The notes beneath the pieces were generated by a model. That model was given only the letters and a program-made list of their open reading frames with translations. It was not told the DNA's origin and did no database searches. From positions 1,152,001 through 1,216,000 of the forward strand of contig OZ219787.1 in assembly GCA_964291285.2 (NCBI GenBank): a DNA stretch of 64,000 nucleotides, written 5' to 3'. The DNA comes from Alphaproteobacteria bacterium. Lineage in GTDB: Bacteria; Pseudomonadota; Alphaproteobacteria; Bin95. Shown piece after piece: positions 20,861 through 30,086 of this stretch. Numbering within the stretch: the stretch's first letter is position 1; every line of letters starts with the position of its first letter. The translations under genes were made by a program, and so were the position numbers.

Positions 20861-21904
20861 ATGCGCATCCTCGCCGGCCTCGTCCTCATCGCCCTTGCCG
20901 CCCTGCCCGTGCCCGCGCCCGCCGCCGATGCGGGGCCCGACCAGTATTGGCGCAAGGCCTGGCCCAACACGGATTTCAGCCGCCATTCGGTGCCGTTCGA
21001 GGAGATCGCGTCCGGCGGCGTCGCGCGCGACCAGATCCCGCCGATCGACGATCCCGTCTTCACCTCCGTTGCGGAGGCGGAGAAGCTGATCGCGCCGACC
21101 GAGCCGGTGATTTCGCTGACGGTGGACGGCGAGCGCCGCGCCTATCCGCTCGCGATCCTGATCTGGCACGAGATCGTGAACGACACCATCGCCGGCAGGC
21201 CCGTGGCGGTGACTTATTGCCCGCTCTGCGATGCGGCGCTGGTGTTCGACCGGCGGGTCGCGGGCCGGGTGCTCGATTTCGGCACGACGGGGCTGCTGCG
21301 CTTCTCGGACCTCGTGATGTGGGACCGGCAGACGGAAAGCTGGTGGCAGCAGTTCCTGGGCGAGGCGATGGTGGGGGAGCTGACGGGCGAGCGGCTCACC
21401 ATGCTGCCCTCGCGCGTCGAGAGCTTCGCGCGCTTCGCCGCCGCCGCGCCGGACGGAACGGTGCTGATGCCGAACGACCCGAACATGCGCAGCTACGGCT
21501 CCAACCCCTATGCCGGCTATGACGGCGCGCACTGGCCCTTCCTCTTCCGGGGCGCCTATCCGCTGGCGGCGGTGCCGCCGCTGGCGCGCGTCGCCATGGT
21601 CGGCAAGCGGGCCTGGACGGTGGACCTGCTGAAGGAGAAGAAGCGCATCGAGGCGGGCGACCTCGTGCTGGAATGGGCGCCCGGCCAGAACTCGGCGCTC
21701 GACAAGGGGGTGATCCGCGAGGGCCGCGACATCGGCAATGTCACCGTGCAGCGCCGCGCCGCCGCCGGCGGGCTGGTCGATGCGGTCCACGACGTGACCT
21801 TCGCCTTCGCCTTCCTCGCCTTCGTGCCGGACGGCGTCATCCACACCATCTGCGGCCCGTATGTGAAGCCGGAAACCCTGCCGGAGAACCTCGCCTGCGG
21901 GTAG
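20861..21904 (+). CDS. Exported DUF3179-like protein
   Basis: Signal peptide; GGVARDQIPPIDDP, WHEIVND, TYCPLC, DRQTESWWQQ. Confidence 0.85.
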   Translation: MRILAGLVLIALAALPVPAPAADAGPDQYWRKAWPNTDFSRHSVPFEEIASGGVARDQIPPIDDPVFTSVAEAEKLIAPTEPVISLTVDGERRAYPLAILIWHEIVNDTIAGRPVAVTYCPLCDAALVFDRRVAGRVLDFGTTGLLRFSDLVMWDRQTESWWQQFLGEAMVGELTGERLTMLPSRVESFARFAAAAPDGTVLMPNDPNMRSYGSNPYAGYDGAHWPFLFRGAYPLAAVPPLARVAMVGKRAWTVDLLKEKKRIEAGDLVLEWAPGQNSALDKGVIREGRDIGNVTVQRRAAAGGLVDAVHDVTFAFAFLAFVPDGVIHTICGPYVKPETLPENLACG

Positions 21905-21945
21905 GGGCCGGTGGGGCAGGCGGGGCGAGGGATCTACCGAGCCGC

Positions 21946-21977
21946 TTGACAGCTACCTGTTTGTTCCCTATATATTC
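21946..21977 (+). promoter_or_regulatory. sigma70 promoter with LexA box, facing HTH copy 3
   Basis: TTGACA-N17-TATATA; GTTC-CCTATAT-ATTC (21963-21977) overlaps the -10. Confidence 0.72.
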
Positions 21978-22158
21978 CGTTTGACGAAGAAAACGGACCC
22001 ATCGGAGCCATGACCTGAACCAAGGGCGGCGGCCGCACGAGGCCGCATTGCGCCCCAGCGAATTCGGACCCGCAATGCCGGCGGCGCAGGCCGGGCGGCA
22101 AGCGGGAGGGGTGCGGCCGCCATGCAGGCCCTGGGGGGACGAAACGGCAGCAAATTGC

Positions 22159-22245
22159 GGTCAACCTGAGCCGAAAAAGGCCGTTTGTGGTGGTCGACCT
22201 GAGCCGAAAAGGGCCGTTTGTGGCGGTCAACCTGAGCCGAAAAGG
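22159..22245 (+). repeat. 33-bp tandem repeat, ~2.6 copies
   Basis: GGTC(A/G)ACCTGAGCCGAAAA at 22159, 22192 and 22225. Confidence 0.9.
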
Positions 22246-22255
22246 AGAAGAGACG

Positions 22256-22693
22256 ATGACGAACGAAGTGGCGGACGGAACGGCGGGCGCGCCGGCGGCG
22301 GTCCTGCCGGTGCCGAGACAGGGCCGGGCGGTGAACGAGCAACTGCGGGGCCTGGTGCTGGCGGCCGTGCTGCATGAGGGCCTGACCGGCGGCGCGGCAG
22401 CGCGGCGGTTCGGGCTGGGCCGGGCGACGGTCAACCGGTGGGTGCGGCAGTTTCGCGAGACCGGCCAGGTGCGGGCCGGCGGGCAGGGGGGCAGCACCGC
22501 GCGGCTGGAGCGTTCGCGGGGGCTGATCCTCCGCATCCTGGTCGCGCGGCCGGACATTTCCATGTACGGATTGTGCGACATGCTCGCCGCCGAGGGGGTG
22601 AAAGCCAATCCGTTCACGCTGCAGCGCTTCCTGAAACGCCACGGCCTGGACCGCAAGAGCCGCCGCGCCCGGCGGCGGGGGAGCGGGGGCTAA
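22256..22693 (+). CDS. Stand-alone IS630-OrfA-like double-HTH protein (copy 3), no DDE domain
   Basis: AAARRFGLGRATVNRWVRQFRETG...ILVARPDISMYGLCDMLAAEG...QRFLKRHGL; AGGAG RBS. Confidence 0.75.
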   Translation: MTNEVADGTAGAPAAVLPVPRQGRAVNEQLRGLVLAAVLHEGLTGGAAARRFGLGRATVNRWVRQFRETGQVRAGGQGGSTARLERSRGLILRILVARPDISMYGLCDMLAAEGVKANPFTLQRFLKRHGLDRKSRRARRRGSGG

Positions 22694-22729
22694 CGGCGGG
22701 CGCTTGCGCCGGGGCCGCGGGCCGGGCGG

Positions 22730-22981
22730 CTAACAGGCCCGGTTGCGCAGTTCGCGGTCGGAGACGGTATCGCCGGCGTCCAGGGCGCGGCGTCCTTCCT
22801 CAAGGGCGTAGCGGCCCCCGCCGCTCAGCGGCTCGTCGGCCTCGGGGGCGAGGGAGAGCGCTCGAACGAACGGGTGCCCGGACCCGGACAGGAATTCGAG
22901 ATAACGCTCGGCGACCGGGAGTTCGCTGGCAGGAAGCGCGTCCACCAGCTGATGCAGTCGCTCCCCAGGCTCGGCTTCCAT
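22730..22981 (-). CDS. Orphan antitoxin-like small protein
   Basis: ERLHQLVDALPASEL...YLEFL...APEADEPLS...ALEEGRRALDAGDTVS; no adjacent toxin seen. Confidence 0.55.
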   Translation of the reverse strand: MEAEPGERLHQLVDALPASELPVAERYLEFLSGSGHPFVRALSLAPEADEPLSGGGRYALEEGRRALDAGDTVSDRELRNRAC

Positions 22982-23144
22982 GGCGCTCCCTCCGTGGCGG
23001 CTGCCGTCCCGAAGCTCTCTCGCCACTTGGAACGACGAAATTTGCTTCCGCCAAAATTTCAGCTTGCAGCTATCTCACGTCCAATATTAGCATGTGTATA
23101 AATCGGTTTTGTAATGCCTATCATCGGAGGAGGTTCGGGGTACA

Positions 23145-24245
23145 GTGGATGGAGGGGGAAATCCGCTGGCCGGCATCCGGGAGGAGCTTGCCGACGAATA
23201 TGCGCAGCCGACAGCGATGCCACAGCGCAGCGCACGCGCTCCGACCGCAGGGTGTCTATTCAGCGGCATGGGGGGATTTGCCTCCGGGCTGGTCGCCTCC
23301 GGCTTCACCGTCTCGTGGGCTTCCGACAACAATGCCGACGCGTGCGCCGCGTTCTCTCATCGCCATCCGGGCGTCCGCATCCTTCAATGTGATGTACAAG
23401 ATTTGCGAGCCGACGCTGACGGCCTTGCCCCAGTAGACGTCTTGGCCGCTGGCTTTCCGTGCCAAAGCTTCTCTCAGGCTGGCGGACGAAAGGGGTTTGA
23501 CGACGACCGAGGTAAAGCCTTTTTCGAAATACCCCGTCTACTCAGCGAGCTTGCGCCACAACATCGACCGAAGTTTTTGATTCTAGAGAATGTAGAGTAT
23601 ATCCTCTACGGCAATGATGGGCGCTGGTTTGATACCATCCAGCGCGAACTCCGCCGGGTCGGCTATTGGTTTCGCCGTCAATCCTGCTGGCAAGTCAATG
23701 TCAAGGATGCAACGGCTATTCCGCAGGACCGCTCTCGCGTCTTTATGGTTGCGGCTTCTCGCGAACACTATAGTCACAATCCGTTCAAACCTCCAATCAT
23801 TCAGGTAAATAGAGCAGCGACAGATGTAAACATATTCTTGGATCGTTCAAAAAGAGCGAATGACGATGATTATTTGCCAAAAGATAACAAATATTGTAAA
23901 ATGATAGAAACTAAAATACTGGAAGGAGAATCTTCTGAAAATTTATATCAATTGAGGCGATCTTATGTTCGAGAAAAAAGAGGGAAACAGTGCCCTACAT
24001 TAACGGCGAATATGGGAATTGGTGGCCATAATGTGCCATTCATCAAGGACTCGTGGGGTATTCGTCGCCTTACTGTAGAAGAAATTGCCCGGCTTCAAGG
24101 TTTTGATACTTCGGTTTCACTCTTTCCAGACTTAACGTCGCAGGCACAATATAGGTTGTTAGGAAATGCTGTCTGCCCAGAGCTTGCCCGTCTAGCAGCC
24201 AAAGAATGCTTTCCACACTTGACACTGGATGAGGAAATATCGTGA
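23145..24245 (+). CDS. DNA (cytosine-5)-methyltransferase
   Basis: Motifs LFSGMGG, GFPCQSFS, LENV, QDRSRVF, RRLT..EIARLQGF, LGNAV. Confidence 0.95.
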   Translation: MDGGGNPLAGIREELADEYAQPTAMPQRSARAPTAGCLFSGMGGFASGLVASGFTVSWASDNNADACAAFSHRHPGVRILQCDVQDLRADADGLAPVDVLAAGFPCQSFSQAGGRKGFDDDRGKAFFEIPRLLSELAPQHRPKFLILENVEYILYGNDGRWFDTIQRELRRVGYWFRRQSCWQVNVKDATAIPQDRSRVFMVAASREHYSHNPFKPPIIQVNRAATDVNIFLDRSKRANDDDYLPKDNKYCKMIETKILEGESSENLYQLRRSYVREKRGKQCPTLTANMGIGGHNVPFIKDSWGIRRLTVEEIARLQGFDTSVSLFPDLTSQAQYRLLGNAVCPELARLAAKECFPHLTLDEEIS

Positions 24246-26185
24246 CAAGAATCGGATGGAAATTTCCCCCCACGGGTGGCGGAGTGGAAGGTGGTTACAA
24301 TCATGCCGGCATGACTCACTTCCAAGGTGCTAGATATCCAAGTCTGGCACGGGAAGTGATCCAAAATTCCCTTGATGCACGCAAATCCGAAGCCCGCCCC
24401 GTTCATGTGACTTTCGAGATTCAACAGCTTCTACGGGATCAGATGCCCGGCTATGAGGAGTTTCTGGATATAATTAATCGTTGTATTGAAGCATCTGACA
24501 ATGACGAAAGGGCACGATCTGAATTGGAATTAGAGAAGAAAGTAGTGCAGCGTAAAAAAATCATTTTTCTACGTATAGTGGATAGAGAAACAACAGGACT
24601 TAGTGGTAGTAAGTGGGCAGCGCTGTTGAAGAAGGAGGGATTGCCGGATAAAGAAAGTGCTACTGCGGGTGGCAGCTTCGGTATAGGAAAGAACGCTCCT
24701 TTTGCGATGTCACCATTGAGGACGGTGTATTACTGGTCTCGGTTTGAAGCGGGCTCGGAAGTGTTGGAGAAATTTCAGGGTAAGGCTATACTGATTTCGC
24801 ATCTAGATGATGATAAGGAGGATACACAGAGTATCGGGTTCTTTGGCAGTAAGGACAAATGCTTGGAACTTTCAGATGCACAAATCCCAGAAGCAATTCG
24901 TATGATAGAAACTCCGGACAGGGGAATAGGAACTTCTCTTTGGATACCGGGATTCGATGGGTCGGCAATTTGGAGAGATAAGATTGCCGGGAGTGTAGTG
25001 GAAAATTTCTTTTGTGCTGTTGACGAAGCGAAACTCGAGGTCTTGGTTGATTCAGATTCTTATACGACGACTGATCTTCTTTCTATTGAAGCAGCGAGCT
25101 TGGGAGATTGGTTTGAACATCTTGTTAACAATGAAGCCCATTCCGAGGACAATCTTCGTTTGAGGCGGGCGAGGGCATTTTGGGAAGTTATGAAGGCGCC
25201 GATGGTTATAAAAGAGAAAGAGGATAAGGATTTGGGCCATTGCAAGTTATGGATAACGGTGAGTGATAAATACGAAGATGTTGGACGTGTTGGATTAATT
25301 CGATTGAATGGGATGTTGATAACCGATCAGCAGGAGGGGTTACGGCAGTTTCGACGCACGATGCCGTTCGCGGCAGTATGTCGATTCGAGTCCGACAAGG
25401 GTAACGAGTTGCTTCGTGGGATGGAGAATCCGAGGCACGATCAGTTTCAGCCGGAATTTTTGCCGACGGAGGATCGCAGCCGCGGACGGGCAGCGCTCAC
25501 GCGGATTACGAGATGGATTCGGGAGGAGATCAACAAGGTAGCGATGCCAGAGGTAAGTGGTGAAGCGATTGCTATTACGGAACTCGCCAGGCTGCTCCCA
25601 GACCTCGAACCAGATGACGGTCTTGGCGCGGTGCCCAGCGAGGACGGAGAGCGACCGCTCGAAGGCGCGCCCCTTATTCAGCTAAAGCCAATTCGGCCGC
25701 CGCGTCAAAGGCAGGAGGTGCCGGACGACGGCGTGGTCGAGGGAGGCCAGGAGGAAGGCGACGACGAGAACGGCGGGACGGTAGGCGGCGGAGGGGGGAG
25801 TGACAATGGTGACGGTGGCGGAGAAACGGGGAGTGGGACAGAGACGCTTGTTTTCGGTCCTGTCCAAATTGAGAACAGTAGATGTTTGCCGTCGCCCGAG
25901 GATAAGAAACGGTTGCAAGTCCTGTTTACCCCTAAATCCCGCGGGACCGGCGCGTCTCTGTCGCTTGTAGAGGCGGGTGATTCGGATTTTATCCAAAGAA
26001 ATGATCTCCAAGTGGTAAAGCCGAACGGGGAAAGAGTAAAACTGTCGGAATTTCACCTCGAATTCATAGCCAATGAACGAGTGAGTATTTTGATCGAGGG
26101 CGACGAACCTGTTGCACAGCGTGCATGGCGGATCATGGTGAAGCAACCCAAGGAGCATAAGCCGGCCGCAGAGGGACAGAAATAA
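24242..26185 (+). CDS. GHKL (Hsp90/MORC-like) ATPase-domain protein
   Basis: AREVIQNSLDA, DRETTGL, GGSFGIGK; acidic/Gly-rich linker before a beta-rich C-terminus; overlaps the MTase stop. Confidence 0.75.
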   Translation: MTRIGWKFPPTGGGVEGGYNHAGMTHFQGARYPSLAREVIQNSLDARKSEARPVHVTFEIQQLLRDQMPGYEEFLDIINRCIEASDNDERARSELELEKKVVQRKKIIFLRIVDRETTGLSGSKWAALLKKEGLPDKESATAGGSFGIGKNAPFAMSPLRTVYYWSRFEAGSEVLEKFQGKAILISHLDDDKEDTQSIGFFGSKDKCLELSDAQIPEAIRMIETPDRGIGTSLWIPGFDGSAIWRDKIAGSVVENFFCAVDEAKLEVLVDSDSYTTTDLLSIEAASLGDWFEHLVNNEAHSEDNLRLRRARAFWEVMKAPMVIKEKEDKDLGHCKLWITVSDKYEDVGRVGLIRLNGMLITDQQEGLRQFRRTMPFAAVCRFESDKGNELLRGMENPRHDQFQPEFLPTEDRSRGRAALTRITRWIREEINKVAMPEVSGEAIAITELARLLPDLEPDDGLGAVPSEDGERPLEGAPLIQLKPIRPPRQRQEVPDDGVVEGGQEEGDDENGGTVGGGGGSDNGDGGGETGSGTETLVFGPVQIENSRCLPSPEDKKRLQVLFTPKSRGTGASLSLVEAGDSDFIQRNDLQVVKPNGERVKLSEFHLEFIANERVSILIEGDEPVAQRAWRIMVKQPKEHKPAAEGQK

Positions 26186-27036
26186 TGAGATACGATCCGA
26201 ACAAGATGTGGCAATACCCGGTTCTGAGACCGGAAAGCGACGATTATCCAACTTCCGAATTTCAAGCGACCATTGATCCTCAAAGAATGGAAAATTCCAC
26301 AGCGCTTCGAGTGACAGTGGATTTCGCTCTCGGTGATGCAAATTTGTCCAAGCTCATCGAAGATCGATTCGCGCAATACATAATACTCACTCGATGCTCT
26401 AAAACATATTTTCGACAAATGAATTCAACTAATTCTGGGCGATTGATATTCGATATTGCTGGTGACAGGATTTACGGTGAAATTGAAATTTCTCCTTACA
26501 TAATGGCAGTAGATGAAATATCGGAATTTCGCGCCAATAGCTGGCATGAAGATTATGATTTGCTGCCAACACCGCACCTTGAACCTGGTTCCGTTCTCGC
26601 TCTTGACACTCCAAGGCACTACTATATTGACAATGCAGAGGAGCAATCGGTTAATTCGATTATTGAAGTGCAACCGGGCAATCCTGAAAATGGCAGATGG
26701 GATTGCGATTTCGAGGGGGAGAGAGTCAAAATCACTATGTCGAATGAAGATTATGAAAAATTTCGTCGTGCTCGTCAAGAAAATTTAAGCGAGGAAGAAA
26801 AGGCATAGATATTGAATTCGATTTACTTTCCGGCTGTTTACCACATATTGGTCACAACGGACTCGGAAAAAAGTGTTTATGTGGAAAGACGCTGGTATCG
26901 CGCACTCGATAAACGTCTTGAGGAGATAAACGGAGGAACTTTGGGCCAAGACGGTAGAAATAGACTGGAAGATGCGCAACGCTTGTTGGAAAACCCCTTT
27001 TCTCGATTACCTTTTATAGCTGCGGATGCGCTATAA
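26185..27036 (+). pseudogene. Hypothetical protein split by an in-frame TAG (26806-26808)
   Basis: ORFs 26185-26808 and 26812-27036 are in the same frame: EEEKA*ILNSIYFPAV; TAATG coupling at both ends. Confidence 0.7.
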
Positions 27037-27797
27037 TGAAGATCGTGCAATACTATACCGATCAGGCCGTGGAGAGCTTGCGAGACGATATTGAAACGAA
27101 TCTCGACTGGTACTATACGGGAAAGGGGGTGCAACCCGCTCCTAAGAATCTTGAACGACCCGTTCGAGAAAGTCATTTTAGGATGGAGAATATTATGGAA
27201 GTTCTTGAAGTTTCTGAAGAAAATCCTTCTGAATTGGATAGTGGAAATGCGATTAGGTTATACGCAGCGCTTCCTCAAATGACCCCGAAAGTCGCCTCCA
27301 TGGAAAAGCTCTGGACACGACTGTCGCACGGTGAGGGCGCCGAGTACATTAGCAGGCGCTGGTTGGTAACACGCCCTGAAGACAACGAAAAGGCGGCGAA
27401 GGCTGTGCGAAATCATTTTTTCGCTAAGGGAAATCGAGGTGTTATTCGAGATAATGGTTTGTCGAGGCTCTGGTGGCTTGGTCATATAGCGCATCGGACA
27501 GACCGGGAGAATCCTGACCTGTTTTTGGATATTGTTTTGCATAGGCAAGATGTTCGTTCCGCACTGGTAGAACGCCCTTCTGTTGCAATGAATGAGGCGG
27601 TCCTGTGTGGGATATATTCCGTTATGAAAGAGAAATGGGCCGCATGTGGTAGGAAGGCTAAACTTTTTCAGCGCGATGTTTTTCGCGGCTGGATGATTGG
27701 GTTGAACCGGCGCGGGGGCATTGTGCTGTTAGACGCGCTGCCTGAAAAAGTGCTCAATAAGGTGTTGTGGGAGGAAGCAGAGGCAGCGGGTGCATGA
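27036..27797 (+). CDS. DUF6339-like protein
   Basis: NAIRLY..L..MTP..A..EKLW..LSH...Y...RW...HFF...RDNGLSRLWW pattern (family assignment from memory). Confidence 0.65.
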   Translation: MKIVQYYTDQAVESLRDDIETNLDWYYTGKGVQPAPKNLERPVRESHFRMENIMEVLEVSEENPSELDSGNAIRLYAALPQMTPKVASMEKLWTRLSHGEGAEYISRRWLVTRPEDNEKAAKAVRNHFFAKGNRGVIRDNGLSRLWWLGHIAHRTDRENPDLFLDIVLHRQDVRSALVERPSVAMNEAVLCGIYSVMKEKWAACGRKAKLFQRDVFRGWMIGLNRRGGIVLLDALPEKVLNKVLWEEAEAAGA

Positions 27798-28074
27798 CGG
27801 ATAACCTGTCACCCGAAGCGCGGGCGCGCTGCATGTCGCATATTCGGTCGGAGGGAATGCGGCCGGAGCGGGCGGTTCGGTCGTTGGTCCATCGAATGGG
27901 TTTTCGATTTCGTCTGCACCGGCGCGATTTGCCGGGCAAGCCCGATTTGGTTTTGCCGAGGCACAAGGCGGTGATCTTCGTTCACGGCTGTTTTTGGCAT
28001 TGGCATCCAGATGTAGAGTGCCCTATCGCCGGGTTGCCAAAATCGAATCTTGGCTACTGGCTGCCGAAGCTAAC

Positions 28075-30086
28075 CCGACTTCCGCAACTCGGCTTGAGAA
28101 TCGACTGATTTGACGGTTTTCCGGCGCGAGAAGTGTCGGATTTCGGTGCAGTACCTCTCGGGACCGGCTTGTAGTGCCGACCTACCCCCTTGATCGGGCT
28201 GGCGAAGATCCGGACGCTGCGCTGATGTTCGTGCGCTGCAAGAGACGCTTCAAGGACGGCAAGGAGCACCGCTACTGGAGCGTTGTGGAGAACGTCCGGG
28301 TCCACGGCGGTCGGGTTGTTCAGCGTCAGGTGCTCTATCTCGGGGAGATCAACGACAGCCAGCGAGCGGCGTGGTGCCGCTCGATCGAGGTGGTGGAGGG
28401 CAAGTCGCGATCACGGCAGATGGCGCTGTTTCCCGAGGACCGGGAGGCGCCGGCGCTGACTTGCGAAGTGGTGAAGATCGACCTCTCGCAGGTGGCGCTT
28501 CACGACCCGCGCCAGTGGGGGGCGTGCTGGCTGGCGCTGTCCTTGTGGGACCGCCTGGACCTGGACCGCTTCTGGGAAGAGCGGCTGCCGGCGAGCCGGC
28601 AAGGCACGCGGTGGCTGGACATCCTGAAGATCCAGGTCTGCTACCGGCTGATCGACCCGGGCAGCGAGTGGCGCCTTCACCGTCACTGGTATGAGCACAG
28701 CGCGCTTCGCGATCTTCTGGGTGGCGAGCGGGCGATCGCCGACGACACACTCTATCGCTGTCTCGACAAGCTGCTGGCGCACAAGCAGGGCTTCTTCTCG
28801 TTTCTGCGCGACCGCTGGGCGACGCTGTTCGAGGCGCGCTTCGACGTGCTGCTCTACGACCTGACCTCGACCTACTTCGAGAGCGATCCGCCGTTCGATG
28901 ACAAGCGCCGCTTCGGCTACAGCCGGGACAAGCGGCCCGACTGCGTGCAGGTGGTGATCGCCCTGATCGTTACGCCGCAGGGCTTTCCGCTGGCCTATGA
29001 GGTGATGCCGGGCAACACCTCCGACGACACCACGCTGGCGGCGTTCCTCAAGAAGATCGAGGATCAGTATGGCCGCTCCGAGCGGGTGTGGATCATGGAC
29101 CGCGGCATCCCCACCGAGGAGACGCTGGCCGCGATGCGCGAGGGCGAGGCGCCGGTGCGCTACCTGGTGGGCACGCCCAAGGGCCGGCTGACGCGGCTCG
29201 AGAAGGTGTTCCTGGGCCTGCCCTGGCAGGAGGTGCGCCAGTCCGTGACTGTCAAGCTTCTGGTCGAGGATGGCGAGCTCTACGTCCTGGTGCGCAGCGA
29301 GGGGCGGCAGGTGAAGGAACGCGGCATGCGCCGGCGCCGGCTGAAGAGGCTGTGGCGTCGATTGGCCGAGTTGCAAGGGCAGTCGAACAGCCGGGATCAG
29401 TTGTTGCTCAAGCTCGGCGCCGCCAGGAAGGAGGCCGGCCGGGCCTGGAGCCTGGTCGACATCACCGTGCCCGGGACCGACAGCGAACTCGCCGCCAACG
29501 GCTTCTCATTCCGCCTGCAGCGCGACCGGCTGCGCCAGGTCCGCCGCCGCGAGGGCCGTTACCTGCTGCGATCCAACATGGTCGCCGAAGACCCCGCCAC
29601 GCTGTGGCATCTGTACATGCAGCTCGTCGAGATCGAGCAGGCGTTCAAGGAACTCAAGCACGACCTCGCGATCCGCCCCATCTTCCATCAGCGCCAAGAG
29701 CGCATCGAGGCGCATATCTTCGTCTCGTTCATCGCCTACTGCCTGCTGGTGACCCTGAAGAACCTCGCCCGGCCGCGCGCCCCGGGCCTCACCCCACGCG
29801 CCATCCTTGAGGCCTTCGCCACCATCCAGATGGTGGACGTCCATCTGCCAACCACCGACGGCCGGCACCTCGTCCTGCCGCGCCACACCCGGCCGAACAA
29901 GGAGCACGAGCTACTGCTGCAACAGCTCGGCATGACCTGGCCGCAGCAACCCGCACCCCGGATCTCCGCCTGACGGCACACGGCGCCGCCTCTCCGTTCG
30001 CCGCCTTGTAGTGCCGACCCTCGGGGAGACGATCAAGGCTATTCAATGAGTTAGCATCCTCATGACCCCCGAGTTGCGGAAGTCGG
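28075..30086 (+). mobile_element. IS1634-family insertion sequence
   Basis: IRs CCGACTTCCGCAACTC / GAGTTGCGGAAGTCGG; 6-bp TSD GCTAAC (28069-74, 30087-92). Confidence 0.93.
28225..29973 (+). CDS. IS1634 transposase
   Basis: YDLTSTYFE, GYSRDKRPD, IMDRGI, IEQAFKELK, IRPIFH. Confidence 0.93.
   Translation: MFVRCKRRFKDGKEHRYWSVVENVRVHGGRVVQRQVLYLGEINDSQRAAWCRSIEVVEGKSRSRQMALFPEDREAPALTCEVVKIDLSQVALHDPRQWGACWLALSLWDRLDLDRFWEERLPASRQGTRWLDILKIQVCYRLIDPGSEWRLHRHWYEHSALRDLLGGERAIADDTLYRCLDKLLAHKQGFFSFLRDRWATLFEARFDVLLYDLTSTYFESDPPFDDKRRFGYSRDKRPDCVQVVIALIVTPQGFPLAYEVMPGNTSDDTTLAAFLKKIEDQYGRSERVWIMDRGIPTEETLAAMREGEAPVRYLVGTPKGRLTRLEKVFLGLPWQEVRQSVTVKLLVEDGELYVLVRSEGRQVKERGMRRRRLKRLWRRLAELQGQSNSRDQLLLKLGAARKEAGRAWSLVDITVPGTDSELAANGFSFRLQRDRLRQVRRREGRYLLRSNMVAEDPATLWHLYMQLVEIEQAFKELKHDLAIRPIFHQRQERIEAHIFVSFIAYCLLVTLKNLARPRAPGLTPRAILEAFATIQMVDVHLPTTDGRHLVLPRHTRPNKEHELLLQQLGMTWPQQPAPRISA

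Noticed and set aside
22008-22168. Hammerhead ribozyme in the conserved leader (CTGA...GAAAC)
   Set aside because: The CUGANGA core is not met in either copy (CTGAACC, CTGACGG).
22159-22245. 33-bp repeat as a mini-CRISPR
   Set aside because: Intervening sequences are near-identical rather than unique spacers; no cas genes.
23145-27797. Druantia, DISARM or Mza assignment
   Set aside because: No helicase, Z1, PLD or AIPR-like genes recognisable.
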